From Mustelus asterias (taxonomy: Eukaryota), in NCBI RefSeq assembly GCF_964213995.1, contig NC_135813.1:3782001-3846000 (forward strand): 64,000 bases of DNA. Reading direction: 5' to 3'. Positions 62,950 through 64,000 of this stretch are shown here, one piece after another. Position 1 is the stretch's first letter. Each line of letters opens with the position of its first letter. A program made the translations under genes and the position numbers. The notes beneath the pieces were generated by a model. That model made no database searches. It was given only the letters and a program-made list of their open reading frames with translations, and was not told where the DNA came from.

Positions 62950-63613
62950 GTAAGATGTATTACTGGATCAAACTTGGAGGTGCTGGGTTTGGACTCAGTG
63001 GGTGAATTTCAGGGCAGAGAGCTCCAGATTTAGAGCTTCCAGGTGTGTAACATCTGGATTAATCCCACTACCACACGATGGACTGGTGCTATGTAAGTGC
63101 ATGTCTTTCTTTCGCACCAAGTCCCGTTTACCCTTTTGCCCTGTGCTCGCTGATATTAGCTCCTGATCTGGCAATGTCTCTAATGTTCGCCACTCTGTCG
63201 TTGACACCTGTGTCTACCTTCAGCTGCCTTAACACTCAATTCTGGAATTCCAGCCTAAACCTCCCCACCTTGGAGACACTTATTAAAATCTAACTTGCGC
63301 ACCAGGCTTTCTATCCCCTGTCCTTGTGGCCTGGTATCAAATTATGTTTGATGACAGACCTGTGGGACTATGCAATATGAATGTAGACTGTGCTTATAAT
63401 CAGATTAATATATTCCCATAAACCTGTTAAATCTGGGCTAACATCAGTAGCAATTTACATTCTATCTTGGTTTTTGAAATATTAAAATAATTAGGGATGA
63501 AACTTTTGTATTTGAAATTTCTTATACCTGAAATGGTTAATGGAATTTATTAATTTGTGTGGAGGGATTTTTACTGTTGAAGATTGAAATGAACTTTCCT
63601 TTTATTTCTATAG

Positions 63614-63852
63614 GAACCGTGTTGATTTTTGACCTTGGGCAGAGCTCTCTTTATCCGGCAGTTTCCATTGAGCAGAATATAGAAAAGAAACCAGTTTACT
63701 GTCTGGCATTTAACCCCAAGCAACCCGAGCTTCTTGCAGCTGGTAATGCAGAAGGAAGTGTGAAAGTCTGGCAGCTGAGTGCTGAACTGACAAAGCAAGG
63801 ACCAAGAGAAGTGACTGTCCTTGAGCAGCTTGCTAATGAAGTTGCAGATTGA
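63614..63852 (+). CDS. DYNC2I2: DYNC2I2 exon 8 (last coding)
   Basis: (G)TVLIFDLGQSSLYPAVSIEQNIEKKPVYCLAFNPKQPELLAAGNAEGSVKVWQLS...EVAD*. Joined CDS is 1506 nt = 501 aa. Confidence 0.93.
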
Positions 63853-64000
63853 CCAAAGACTGAGAGAGGTTGGCTGGTGAATTTTTGAAGTGTGGCTGGA
63901 GGATTTTACTTACCTTCAGTGTTGTACAGTATAGGTTGATTTAATGTACATAAAAACATGTTAATATTTCAATTAAGTCTGTTGAAAGTTTAATACTTGC

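Overview
Vertebrate genomic DNA, very likely an elasmobranch (shark), judged from the HE1/V-SINE, Deu-type SINE, CR1, Rex1 and Penelope repeat content. The window corresponds to the PKN3-SET-DYNC2I2(WDR34) block. It contains: the first two coding exons of a PKN kinase (minus strand; PKN3 by synteny); a complete two-exon gene on the plus strand (8620-8980 + 11386-11540, 171 aa) encoding a signal peptide plus a stand-alone cereblon CULT/thalidomide-binding domain with an intact tri-Trp pocket; a complete 8-exon SET/TAF-I-beta gene (minus strand, 280 aa, with a GC-AG last intron); and a complete 8-exon DYNC2I2/WDR34 gene (plus strand, 501 aa) that shares a CpG-island bidirectional promoter with SET. 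Introns and intergenic DNA are dense with retroelements. Main observations: the putatively secreted cereblon-like protein; a family of ~200-bp fold-back Penelope-derived elements flanked by target-site duplications (TSDs) and carrying minimal hammerhead-ribozyme motifs on both strands; a ~230-bp-arm inverted duplication in SET intron 2; and a 33-bp minisatellite amplified from part of a SINE. Exon boundaries were read manually. Repeat boundaries are approximate and family names come from motif recognition, not from database searches.
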